A DNA stretch of 64,000 nt, counting the filler, from Sphacelaria rigidula (Eukaryota), in the NCBI GenBank assembly GCA_964200075.2. It is 9 parts of 9 records of this genome, joined end to end, with 100 filler letters (N's around TTAATTAATTAA, not from the genome) between each part and the next. Parts side by side here need not be neighbours in the genome. Positions count along the whole stretch, not along the records: positions 7,128 to 14,154 come from CAXNAA020016888.1; positions 14,255 to 21,281 come from CAXNAA020016889.1; positions 21,382 to 28,408 come from CAXNAA020016890.1; 6 more parts are not named here. The stretch is one strand, 5' to 3'. The notes under the pieces are model-generated. The model had not been told where the DNA came from. It saw only the letters and a list, made by a program, of their open reading frames with translations, and ran no database searches. This document shows, in pieces, positions 13,159-25,493 of the stretch; position 1 is the stretch's first letter, and every line of letters starts with the position of its first letter. The position numbers and the translations under genes are program-made.

Positions 13159-13860
13159 GCCGGGTGTAGGCACCAGTCACCAAGCAGCAACGTTTGAACG
13201 TTTGACACCGCAGCAGGCGACCTCCCTGCCGCCGCCATGGTATATCACCCCTCACTTTGCTGTGTTGGGTGACATTGAAATGCTCGGTGCGCACCAAGGC
13301 ATAAGTAGAGCTCCACACTATTGCCAATCTCGTGTGTGTGTGTGTGTGTGTGTGTTCAGCCGATTTGGCGGTGTGAACGATGCAAAGTCTACCCGTGCTG
13401 CGCAGCACCAAATGCTGCACTGTCTCTCCGTTAGCGTTCATGACTCCTTCAACCATCGTGGTGGACGACATGGTGCTCCAAAATGATTGATATGCGGCTT
13501 GTCTCCTCCTTGTTTCGAACTGCCGCTATGCTGTATGTACCGCTGTACCGTACCGCCATGCCGTGTGCCGTTGTATTCTGCGTTGCACTGTGCTGTACTG
13601 CAATGTACGGTACTGCATTCTGTACTTCGCTGTGCTTTCAGAAACCGTAGTCCAGGCACTTCTCCAGGCAAGCCTTAGAGGTTAGGGCCTAGGGTGTCTT
13701 GAAGAAAAAAAACGATTGAAAAAGTAGAGGGAAGGAAGATTCCGATCCGATACGTCCACGCTATTTATGTTTTTACATGGCTTTAACTTTTGTTCACAAT
13801 TTCTCACGCGCAACCGGAAGGCAAAAATGGGAAAACTCCACACGTCGGACGAATAAGCCC

Positions 13861-14076
13861 CCTGTACCTCGAGCTAGCTCTTTTTAAGCGTAGCTCCATA
13901 CTGAGATATGAGAGATACATGAGCTGCGCATGCTTTCCCCGGGTGAGCTATGAGAGCCACATGAGCTACGCATGTTTGCCCTGGATGAGTTATCAACCCG
14001 TAGCACATCGGCCCATATTCGCCTTGGGTGAGCTATGAGAGCGACATGAGCTACGCATGTTTGTACTGGGTGAGCT
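13861..14076. repeat. Second, shorter array of the 42-bp minisatellite
   Basis: Same units and the same leader (CTGTA.CTCGAGCTAGCTCTT) as 12566. Confidence 0.8.
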
Positions 14077-15203
14077 ATTAACCCTTTTGGGACCGCACCC
14101 CCACTAACACAGGGTTGACCCTGTGTTAGTGGAATAATAAAAAATAAGTCTTCGNNNNNNNNNNNNNNNNNNNNNNNNNNNNNNNNNNNNNNNNNNNNTT
14201 AATTAATTAANNNNNNNNNNNNNNNNNNNNNNNNNNNNNNNNNNNNNNNNNNNNCCACGCGTGTACTTTTTCCAAGTGAATATTGATGCCGATTCAGCAG
14301 GTGACCTACTCTCGCGGTCTGACGGTCAAGTCCTCCTACGGAGCTTGGGGGGGGGAGATACTTTCGCTCTGTGTTACTCTTTCGTATCTTCCCTGCAATA
14401 GAGAAATGCGACTTCAGCCCCATTTTAGTGTTGAACCCCAAAGTTTAAAATCGGCTGTTACATGTAGAGATGCAAGTTGGATAAACGTCGCTATCTGCTC
14501 AAACGCGGGCAAACTACGTGATCATATAAAGTTCGAATGCTTTATATATAGAATATCAGGAGATTTCCATGCCGGTTGGTAATCCCGAACTCAGGTTACA
14601 TCACAAGCACAGCATGTATATTGCACAAGATATTACATATCATTTGGTAGCAGCACAAAACTACTTGTCGTAAGCCGCCCTCCCCAGCATGGCGGCCGTA
14701 CCACTGCAGCAGCTTGGCGGAAGTACTCGAAGTCGATTACCGCCGATCCCGCCGAAGCTAGCGCACTCACTGTTCATAATCCATCGATCATCGCGAGTTC
14801 AAAGTCATTATCCAGTTCAGAGTTCAAAGTCATTATGCAGCCGCCAAATTTGCTTCCCTACGGCAAGCCTACGGCCACAAGAACGGCAACTGACCCACCA
14901 AAACTCCTCGGTTTTGGGCTGCTCATGTCGAAGAGGACCCTACGTGATGCGATTGATCGTTTGATTCCGTATATTTGTAGAGAAAGAATGAGGTTTTTAC
15001 ACACAGCTGATGTGGTCATTTCCTCATTCTCGATTCCTTGGGGGGGAGGGGAGGGGGGGGGGGGGGGGGGGCCCTGGTGCGGGGACGTTCGCTTTGGGGG
15101 CCCCTTGGTTTGGTCCGTAGGGTATGGAAGGGGGAACGCACGGTTNNNNNNNNNNTGGGTTTTTGGTAGGGGGGGTGGGTGTGTTGGTTTTTGGGTGGTG
15201 TGT

Positions 15204-15237
<34 letters not shown>

Positions 15238-18200
15238 GGCCCTGGTGCCGTGACATTCCGATTTGGGGCACCTTGGTTTGATCCGTAAGGTATGCTACGG
15301 AGAACGCACGGTTGAACTATGGAGTGGATAGAACCGCTCCGTAGAAAAACCGCTTCTCACGGTTCCAGCCGCGCAGCTGTACTCGTAATAATACGGAGCG
15401 GGGCGATTTTTTCCTATATTGTCACGGAGCGGATATCCGTACTTTATCATGTAACGGAGCAAAGCGGATTTTTGTGGTGGGTTACGGAGCGGATCGGAGC
15501 GGATGTCCGTTTGTGAGGAAAGTCACGGATTATCACCGAGTAGATATAACCGTCCCCTACAGTACTAAAGTCACGGAGCGGTGCGGTTCGTCGAACCGCA
15601 CCGTAAAAATCTGCTCCGCGGATTTATTCATAATCCATACACATTCCTGGCAAGAAGTAGAGATGTACGCAAAGGGTACGTACGACATTCTAGCTGCTAG
15701 AATGACATTAGAATGACATAACCTTTGCTTATAGGGTATACTAGGTTTGCCTCGCGAAGCAATCTGCCCCAGGGTCACAAGAAGGGAGACTTGCGTGGTA
15801 GTCTCAGCTTCCACTTGTACGTACACCTTCACGCACCACCAAAAAATTGAAATCAAATCATTTTGAGTTGCCTGGAAGAACCCACATTCGGAGCAGTACT
15901 GACAAGGTACTGACTGTACCTTGACTGTACCTATATGCACATGCTGACTAAAGGAGCAGCTATTAATTCAATGTTTAGCTGAGTCAACGAGGGGAAGTGA
16001 AAGCCTCTAGGGAATTGTCAACGTTTTCTCATCGTATTGTGTGTGTTGCAGTTGTGACCTGTGTAACTGCTACTGTGCTGCAGTACCGCGCTCTCTCTGA
16101 CCGCACTGTATATATACTCTTGTACTGCTACTTTACCATGCTTTTGCACCGTCGTGTTCTCGTTATCCCTGAACAGACGTGTACAGTGATACATAAGCCA
16201 CAATTTGCACGACCTGACATCATGATATCTCTGCGGATGGTCCTTACATAGCCACAACTGGAATCTCCGATCACATACATGAATACGACATCAATGCATC
16301 TCCATCTTCGAAGCTGGCGAAGGATTTAATATTTGATACTCCATGTGCATGAATTAAATTGTTGTGGTATCTTGCCCATGTGACACGAACTCGGTGAAAC
16401 AAGTAGCAGCACCTCCAGCTCACCAAACCGCAGGCACGAGGATTACACAAATAGCAGATAGCAGATAACTGCACACACAGTACAGTCAGCAGCGACCACT
16501 TTGCTGGAAACACAAGACATCAGCACGCGATAGGACGATAGTATCTCTGAGAAGGAAGAGGGCGTTGATTGCGCAAGGAGACATGGCGACTTTCGTCCGC
16601 ACGCACACAGGCGATCTCGTAAGCCGAAAAGCTCAGGTTCACGGCTCTCAAAATCTTTATCTCAAAGGAAAGGTGCGAACATCTATTTGTAAAACTTCAC
16701 TCCCACGTACAGCAGCAGCAAGTCAGGAGTACAGGCAGCCTGTAGTTGTGCTTTGAATGTGATACACGGCCGGCCGCGTATGTTGGCTGGCTCTGTGTCT
16801 GCGCGTAGGTCGCTCAGTTCTCCACTACAGGGTGCGAATGAGAAAATCGTCTTGTTGCATTTGGTTCATGTGCAAGGATGCTGTCAAGTTGTTCAAGATG
16901 GCACGCTATGGTGCTGACTTTTGAAGGAGTCGTTTTCGGGTCGCAACGAGTCGTACTATTTATGTACAGGTTGTAAGCAGTAAGCAAGCATACTTGGTTC
17001 TGGTCACAAGATTGCGGCAAAACGGCCAGACCGGCACCTCCCGTATGGCACACCTGGCCACCAGCCGATGTAGAGTGCGGAATGCACGCATGGCAAAGGT
17101 TGCGCGGCGCATGCTGTTGCTCTGCCGCCACCTCTACTTTGGAAGCAGCGGATTGGTGTGCTACCTCGCCAGGCGCTCTCGGGGAATGCACACGAGGCAC
17201 CCCGCTTGTGCTCTGGATCTGTCTCACCACATGAAAAATACCCCGACCGAACTTCTCACACGTGAAAACCTGCAAACCAACATACATCTTGCCATCTCTG
17301 ATGGTCCCGCAACCTAATTTGAGTTAGTTCGCACCAAGCAGACGAAGGACTCGGAGCCATGCGCCGTGAATGCAGGCAACAGACCATATATCCCGGTAAA
17401 TGTAGTAGTGGCATGGTTGCGCTCCGTTTGCTGAGCCTGTACCAGCAGTGTTGCCGGCGACAAAATACTTGTGCAAAATCGGCGCTCGCCATCTGCCCGC
17501 ACTGACCAACACATGACCACAGAGACTGATGCTGAGGCATATAGATCTGAAGAAAGTTTTTGTTCTGTTTTTGTTCACTTTTTCACCCAATATTCTCCGC
17601 GTTCTCCCCTTCAAATGTGCACCTCCCTCATTATGTTATTTCATCAAATGGCACCCCACATGTTGATACATGATCGTCGATTTCAAAGTACCGCGGCTCC
17701 CTCGAGTGCGCCGGTGGGTCACAAGAAGGGATAGCTAGCCAGCGTGTCGAATGTTTTTTGTGAACAGTAATCGGGACTGGTACAGACGGTATGTAGTGTA
17801 TGTAGGGGATTTGAATTTTCAGTGTTTGTGTGAGTTTCGCGACCTTATGGTGCCTGCGCGGTGGCGTCAATTTGATGCCTTCGAGTTCTCAAAGAAAATG
17901 ACTTATGCTACTGTCCGCTTGAATCAACCCTACACCCCATTACTGTGGTTGCTAGAGTGAAGCATCTTGTTACCCTTTGGCCGGCAGGACTGACCATGCG
18001 CTGAATCGACATTACTTGCTCATTAGAAAGATCCGTGGATAAGCCAACATTCTAAGAAACCCTTTGTGCAAGTGTGGTTCATATGCTGAATCGACATCAT
18101 GTGTGTATTCGAATGAATTTGTATTATTAGTGACCCAGATGACGAGGGCGGGTTTACAAGAGGGGGGTTCACTCGAGTTCGTCGTCCGGATCGTTACGGT

Positions 18201-18867
18201 CTGCGGTTGACGCGTCGACCGCGTTGCGGGAAGTCCACCTGCATCATACATACGTTTTCAACTGAAATTGATGCCGGTTTGACAGGTGACCTACCCCTGG
18301 GGTCAAAGGGGTAATGTAACTCCAGCCCTAGCCCTGACCCCAGTCCCAGTCCTACTGCATACTGGGTGGCGCTCGAGTAAGGGATAGAGACAGATGTAAT
18401 GATGCAGGCCCTTGTAGGCACAGTGTGCATTGGCAGAGCTCGAGTGATGACTTCCGCTGGAACGGGTGCTGCGCTCGGTACTGTCAGCGGTTGGATATCT
18501 GACTCCGATGATCCAGCACTAGAATAACATAGTTCAGTGGAGTCCACCCGATTTCGCCCTTACAATAAATGATCAACATGATCCCGGATGAAAATATGGG
18601 GGAAAATAGTGTAGGATCATCAGACTCAGACCACTCGACCCCTCCAGGGTTATTAGTCAGTCCCGATTGCCAGTCATGTGTAATGTGCAGCATGGGTTTT
18701 CGCAGATATCGGCTCCGACTTCCGAGGGTTCCTGATATATGTCGGGCGAGGATTAGTCCTTTGACCTGTAGTATCGCGTCGAGACAGTTTCACCCGCTAA
18801 CAGTCCAGGGATTCCGATGATTTTACGGAAGGGCGTGCAGGTTCCCCAATCGTCCGTGAATGAGGTT

Positions 18868-19331
18868 CACACCGAGAACCCTCGGGCACGCGGATGCAAA
18901 AGTGTTTCCTCCCTAGGAAAAGTGTGGGTTGTCGCACCTTTACTCGGCGCCTGTGCGCCACTTAAGATCCGGATTTTTATGTCTAGGCTAAAATCATGCC
19001 GAATCAACCATAGCACCCTTCCGAGTGACATACTAATGTACTACCGTCAATGCTCCCCAGATCAACCATGCCGTGTTGCCAGTATTTTTTCAGTACAGTG
19101 TATCACTTGAGATGGTGAGAAATTTCTCGGATAGGTCTACTTGATTTTAGTTTGATGAGCGACAATTCGGATCTTTAATGGGGCTATCCTCCAAGTGTGC
19201 TCCTAGCTTGCGCAGAACGCGTTTTGGTCGAAATCGGCGCCCGGTCCGGCAACACACCCTTTGCCTATGTCACACTCTCCACCCCTTCGCCCGAGGGTTC
19301 TCGGTGTGCCATCGTTGGGGTTAGGGTTAGT
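18868..19331. mobile_element. TIR element with perfect 20-bp inverted repeat and TTAGGG-like terminal units
   Basis: CACACCGAGAACCCTCGGGC (18868-18887) pairs with GCCCGAGGGTTCTCGGTGTG (19289-19308), followed by CCATCGTTGGGGTTAGGGTTAG. A related end lies at 20788-20845. Confidence 0.6.
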
Positions 19332-19562
19332 GTTGGTGCTATAGTTTGTTCGAAGTTTCAAAAGTTTCTGAGTAATTTCTCATCATCCCAAGTGGTGAAC
19401 TGACGTCGATTTTTTTAGGTCGGGCATCACGCCTGAAGAGGGGTGGGATGAGTATTGGAGTGACTATTATAACTTCCCTTCCGGGCGGGATGCTTCGATG
19501 CTTCCGTAGATATGCAATGCCCCTCCCTCCCAAAAAATTGCCCAATACCACCCACCTGGAGG

Positions 19563-19763
19563 TTAACCCTTGAACCGCGAGGTTATTCTTCTGTTGAATC
19601 GGCATCAATTAGAAAAGTATGCATGATCCAGAAAGACTAATCTCACGGTCTAAGGGTTAACCCTTAGAGCGCGAGATTAGTCTTTCTGGATCATGCATAC
19701 TTTTTTTTCACTTGAGATTGATGCCGATTCAACAGAAGACTAACCTCGCGGTCCAAGGGTTAA
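19563..19763. mobile_element. Inverted dimer of a piggyBac-type mini-MITE: TTAA-[19567-19656]-TTAA-[19661-19759]-TTAA
   Basis: Three TTAA sites. Both units start CCCTT and end AAGGG, and unit 2 is the reverse complement of unit 1. TTAA TSD and CCCT/AGGG termini are piggyBac hallmarks. Confidence 0.85.
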
Positions 19764-19857
19764 GCTGGTTTGTACCATTTGACGATCACACACGGACAAA
19801 AAACGAGGGTGCTTTTTACCCTCTGCACAATCTTTCAATCTTCCCCACCCACAGACC

Positions 19858-20220
19858 GGTTGCCCCGGTAGCTCAGTTGGTAACCTCGTAACCTTGTGAC
19901 GGTTGAGTAGTGGGCTTCGATTCCCGGAGCGATCTGGGATTTTTTCTCACACCATGCCCAACAGTAGAGAGTGACTATGTCGCGGGGTACACAAATTTTG
20001 ACTTAACGGTCGATGAGGGAATGGGACTGCTGAACCCCTCTCGCGATAAAATAAAAAGGCAAGCACCGCAGAAGGGAGGTGGGTCATTAAAATCAAATTA
20101 AAAAACAAAAAAAGCTCCTGTGTTCATCTTCCTCCTGTGTGACCCCGGCTGATGCGCCCACATATACCGCAAGGTGTGTAGACTGGCGCCCAGAATAAAA
20201 GGGACGACAACACACACACG
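19858..20220 (+). mobile_element. tRNA-derived SINE (family A), copy 2
   Basis: TAGCTCAGTTGG A box, TTCGATTCC B box, body homologous to 8906-9255, (CA)n tail. Confidence 0.85.
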
Positions 20221-20273
20221 CATTCACACCCTTCATGTGTCAAGAGCTGTGCTCTGTTCAGTAGCACTGAGCA

Positions 20274-20508
20274 CCTAGGGCCGAAGCTCATACCAGTAAG
20301 GCGGCGCGTGCACTGCGCCGAGTTGACAGGGGGTGGGTTTAGTGGGTTGGGTCCCCACATTGGCCTTGAGCAAGGCTTCCGAACGCTCGAAGCACCTACT
20401 CTACATGACTGCTACGAGGAGGTGAAGGAAGCCTGCAGGTAATCGCCAACGAACCCGCTTGCGGTGAGCTTTCCTACTTCCTTCAAGGAAAACAAATGAA
20501 AGAGTACT
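20274..20508 (+). mobile_element. SINE-like retroposon (family B), copy 2
   Basis: 13-bp TSD GTAGCACTGAGCA (20261-20273 and 20509-20521); homologous to 1779-2032. Confidence 0.7.
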
Positions 20509-21381
20509 GTAGCACTGAGCAGAGATTGAACCCGTGTGTGCAGTGGAGAGCACGGGCTTGGTACATACTTGTACCTACTGCACTACTGTTGTTTTTATTG
20601 AAGTCGCGCTGATGAAAAAAAAGCCGCCTGTACTAAACAGCAGTCAGCCCTTGTAGGCGATTTGTTGAATCGCCATCATTTACTCTTGAACAAAAAGGTG
20701 AAATTTTGCCGATTCACCTGATCGTCTTAGATGTGTTCACCACTTGGCCGATGAAGAACTTTCTCGGAAACATTTTTTTTCAAATAACGCTAACCCTAAA
20801 ACCCTAACCCCAATCCCAGGCATACCGAAAACCCTCAGGCAAGCGGGGTACAATACTGTACATACGGTGGTGGCCCTCGGATATCGTTCGGAGCGTGGCA
20901 TCAGATATCACGCATATCTCGCTTCGAGCTTCCATGACCCGAAATTGGCGAAAAAATATATAACGAACGAAAGAACCAAGTGTTGAGTGTTGAGTGGTGA
21001 GCGTTGAGCGAACAAAATAGTATTACCCGTCCGTGTCATTTCAGAGTGCACACATCGCAGGATCGAAGTGCAAAATGAAAGAAGATACCTCATCGAAAAA
21101 AGTTAAGGGTACCACGTTTGACGGAGAACAAAATAATTTTGCGTTACACTCTGATCCTGAGATGTTTGCACTCTGAAATGACAATCGTTTTTCGAAACTC
21201 TCTATTATTGAATTTATTATTATTATTATTATTATTTCCGCACATTAGTCCGATCTCGCGAACCCGTGGTCACAGACGTAGNNNNNNNNNNNNNNNNNNN
21301 NNNNNNNNNNNNNNNNNNNNNNNNNTTAATTAATTAANNNNNNNNNNNNNNNNNNNNNNNNNNNNNNNNNNNNNNNNNNNN

Positions 21382-21796
21382 AAAAAATAAAAAAATATTA
21401 AAAAAAAAAAAATAAAAAAAAAAAATCAACCATCCAACCATCCATCCTCAAACAATCTTTAACTTATTTAATTAATTAATTAATTAATTAATTAATTAAT
21501 AATTATTTTTTTATATCATTTATATTGTACAATGTTATATGCGTCTATTAGGTGATACTGAACAGTTGCTGCCCTGATTAGGTGATCTACAGCGGAATAA
21601 ATGACTACATTACGTGATGTATGTGAGATATCGGCGTATATCGGTGCAATGAGTAATTAAACAAATTAAAGTGAAGTGAAATGAAATGATATATAAGAAG
21701 TAATCGATAATTGATGATTATCAATGAATTATGTAAATAATAAGGTTGGGTTGGGGTTTGGATTATTGTTTTTCAAACAAGGGGAAGACATAATAA

Positions 21797-21827
<31 letters not shown>

Positions 21828-22470
21828 TGATGATGATGATGATGATGAGAAGAAGAAGAAGAAGAAGAATATATGATTGTATATAATAATCAATTAATTA
21901 AAGTTTGTTTGAGGATGGAATGGGAATGTTTGTTGGGATGGGAACTGATTTCTAATTTTAGGACAATATGGAAACAATATGCCATACAGTGCGCGGTATC
22001 GTTGACGCCTGCCTATTTCCTACACAAAGGGAACACGAGGTCTGTCAGACTTTTCTCACTGAGCTGAAGTTTTGTCCCAACCAATAGCAGGTACTGATGT
22101 GACACGGCGATAGGTACATGGAGGCGAGAGTATCACTGGAAAACGCAACATATCTTACATATGCGGGGATATATGACTATATATGCAATACATTACATTA
22201 TTATGTTTCAAATAAATTCAATATCAGGTTATTTCATCATCATGTAGGTCAGATGCCAGGTGATACACGTCACATAGGCCAGAAATCACGTGATATATAT
22301 ACTATATACTATATACTATATACTATATACTATATACTATATACTATATACCCCAAATATATCACATTCATCGCGATATATGGAAAAATGTGGGGTATAT
22401 GAACTTGACTACAAATATATCAACTTTTATGACATATCACCTTCTTCTGGAGGGGTATATATATATATAC
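21382..22470. repeat. AT-rich low-complexity block with (TTAA)n, (GAT)n, (GAA)n and (TATAC)n runs
   Basis: Seen directly at ~21468-21503, 21797-21848, 21848-21868 and 22295-22350. Confidence 0.8.
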
Positions 22471-23493
22471 CCTTCATCTCGAAAAGTTGATATGATACCA
22501 GGCTCTACCCAACGGGTCTATGAGGCTGTGCCTACAAGGGCACTTCGGATAATGAAATGATGTGAAGGCTAACAACTAAAACTGCGAGGCCAGTGAGACT
22601 GCGGAGTCCCTCAAACAGCCGTGGTCCACCAGTTCTTCCGGCTGGCGTCACAGGCCGTTCCTTGTGGCACACAGGAGTCTTGAAAAAATCCTTTTTTGTT
22701 TTTTATTCGTCATTTCATGCCCTCGAGGAAAGCTGGACGGAGTTCGACACCTTGGAAAATGACTTGCTCTACTCATTGAGTCGGTTCCAGGACGCATCTC
22801 TTCGTTTTCCGGTGGCTTTTGGCCAAATACACTTTCTTCGATACCCTTTCCCCCCCCCCGCAAACCAGCCCCAAAATGTCACGAAAAAAGTGGTCGTACA
22901 GCGCCTAATGTTTGGGTTCAGGCTGCATGAAACGCCTCATATGGGCGACATCGGCGAAAACGAATCCAAGCGTGGGAATTTCCAGCTGCTTGTTGTGCTC
23001 AGCTTTTCCCTTTCCGATTTACGTGTAGACTCTGCCCCCCCAAAACCAGCCACTTTTGGGGGGGGGGGGGGAACTATCGTCGAAAGTGTCCAAACAAGCC
23101 CAGAGGAAAATGGCGTTTTTTTCCAGAGTTGACCGCTCTTGACCGCGTCCTCCTTGGACAGAAATGTAAGCTTGACCAAAAACAATTGTGGTCATCACAG
23201 GAAAACGTGAAGATGTCCTGGGACCGTCTCAACGAGTAGAAGAGCAAGTCATTCCAAGGTAAGCCGTTTTACGACCTTCCCGGAGGGGTCACTGTTGACC
23301 GTCGTGGAGAGGTGTTTACTCCCTGTTGAGGGACAAAAATTGACCCCTCTCGAGCGATCAAACACCGCTCAAAGTGCACGTAACCCGTTTACAGGACTCC
23401 ATCTCCCTCCCTCTAGAGTATCTTTGTGTGGGATATTACTCCAGCGGTGTTCAATCCCTATCTGTAAAGGGGTTTCCTGTTCAGCCTCCAGAG

Positions 23494-23918
23494 AACAGCG
23501 GATTCTCAAAAATGGGGTTTACCAAAAAAATGGGGTTCGACTCAATGACAGTGATTTCCCTGACCTAAAGTCATGGTAAATAACTTTCATATGAACGACC
23601 TCATCCCTCCCGACCTCCCTAAAACTATTTCGGGGGATTTCTAGCCTTCCGTTCCCTCAAAGGGTATGTAGGAAAGCACATTTTTACCCCGATTTCGGGG
23701 TGAAAAAAGGGACGTTTCTTAACCCAAAAATCGCGCTTTCGCACTTATCCTTCGAGGAAACGAACGGCTGAAAACCGCCCGAAATAGTTTCAGGGGGGTC
23801 GGGAGGGATGAGGTCGTCCATACGAAAGCTATTTGTCATGACTTTAGGTCAGAGAAATCACTACTTTTGAGTTGTACCTCATTTTTTTGTTCAACCCCAT
23901 TTTTGAGAGTCCGCTGTT
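23494..23918. mobile_element. Foldback MITE with ~145-bp inverted arms
   Basis: AACAGCGGATTCTCAAAAATGGGG...GACCTAAAGTCATG...CGACCTCATCCCTCCCGACC is mirrored by GGTCGGGAGGGATGAGGTCG...CATGACTTTAGGTC...CCCCATTTTTGAGAGTCCGCTGTT. Confidence 0.8.
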
Positions 23919-24206
23919 AAAGGGATGATACGCCTCCAGGGCCTTCTCTCTCTCTGGAGGGGCCAATTTTCGTGTGGAGGGATTTTTGAGGTAGCCAAAT
24001 GGCCGCGTGTGGGCGACTCATTAACCCTATGGGGACCGGACTCCCAAAAACATGGTGTTTGCAAGCAGAAGCCTTTTTGTGGGTCGAACTATCAAATTAT
24101 TTTGTTTCTTGATTGACCTGGTCAAAATATCACATTTATGGAGGGTATTTTTTTCTCCCGAAAAAATCGGAAGCGTCTGATGAAAGAAAAAACAGCCAGG
24201 TTATAA

Positions 24207-24647
24207 CGGCCGATCATCGAAATCGAGGATGGAGCTTTTCATTGAGGATGAGAATCCGGAGGATTCAAATCTTCGTATCCACACCAAATCTTCGAAATAT
24301 GGTTCCATTCCTTCACCTCCTGGTACAAGTACTTCCTTCATTGTAGCTATTGACAAGTACTATACGTCAGACAAACTTGGATCTCGACACCCGAATTGTT
24401 CGGGGTCTAAGTGAAAAACCAATTTCGGGTAGTTTCGGCGATCCGGCCGGATCACCTAAATACTCCAAATGATGTTCTTCGTCTAGAATCCCAACATTTC
24501 GGTTATCGAAATCCAAATTTGTAAAGCGTGTAGCAGTTGTCAATGTCTAACAGTAGGTGAAGGAATGGAACCATACTTCGAAGATTTGGTGTGGATACGG
24601 AGATTTTGATTTTTCGGGTTCTCATCCTCAATTTCGATGATCAGCTG
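24207..24647. repeat. Long imperfect palindrome (foldback element) centred on GATCCGGCCGGATC
   Basis: CGTATCCACACCAAATCTTCGAAATATGGTTCCATTCCTTCACCT is mirrored at 24555-24600; the centre at 24440-24453 has no spacer. Confidence 0.8.
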
Positions 24648-25493
24648 CTTTATCTATGTCAGCGAGAGTAGGTCACTTGTTGAATCGTACCCCCCTAGAC
24701 CGCGGAGGTAGTCCATCTGGATCATGAATATTTGTTTCAAATATGACTGACGTCGATTAAACAGATGAGCTACTCTTCTCGCTCTCCAGCTCTTTACAGG
24801 TTAAAACTACCGACCCTTTGGGCACACATTGCACAGGTATATACACCTTGGGGGGGGGTATGGATATAGGCCCAATCCAAACACAACCTCATGACCTGAA
24901 CATGTACCTCCCATCGATCAACCCACCCAACTCAATTATCATTGAAGACTGCACACCAACAAAAATTCAACGTTGGGAAGCTCTTCAGTGTGGAATCTGG
25001 CGGGATACGAGGAGCTGCTGAGCGGAAACACGAAACATGAGCAGCACTGCAGACAATCAGGATGGATCACCCTCAGACTCGAGTGGTGGCTCGAGCGGGG
25101 CGGTTCACTGCGCCACCCAGGGATAAAGTAGCAAGACGCACGTCATCGACGTTGATGATAGTGGTTGTGTCGTGGTCATCAAAGCCCCGGCCATGGTCGA
25201 CATACACAGCGAAAAGTATCAGCTGCCATCGGAAGTCGTCAAGGCCGTCGACGATTTTGACGCGCCGAAGAGCTTCCAGAGAGTGGGCAGCCGTGAATGC
25301 TCCTTCATGTACTCTCCGGGGGTATATACGTGAAGTCGATAGATGTTGACGATCCCGTGCACATGTACTACGGCGAGTGTTCGTCTAGTCTTTCTCTATC
25401 AACCCCGTGAAGCCGTTCAGAGTTTTCGTGAACTGTCATCTGTAGTTCGCCGGTGTAGTGACGTAGGTCCTACCACAGGGGTGATGATAATAT

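Noticed and set aside
15040-15310. Tandem duplication with long poly-G around a 10-N gap (similar at 26910-27130)
   Set aside because: Near-duplicate, error-rich sequence on both sides of a small gap next to homopolymers is most likely an assembly artefact; the poly-Pro/Gly ORFs are spurious.
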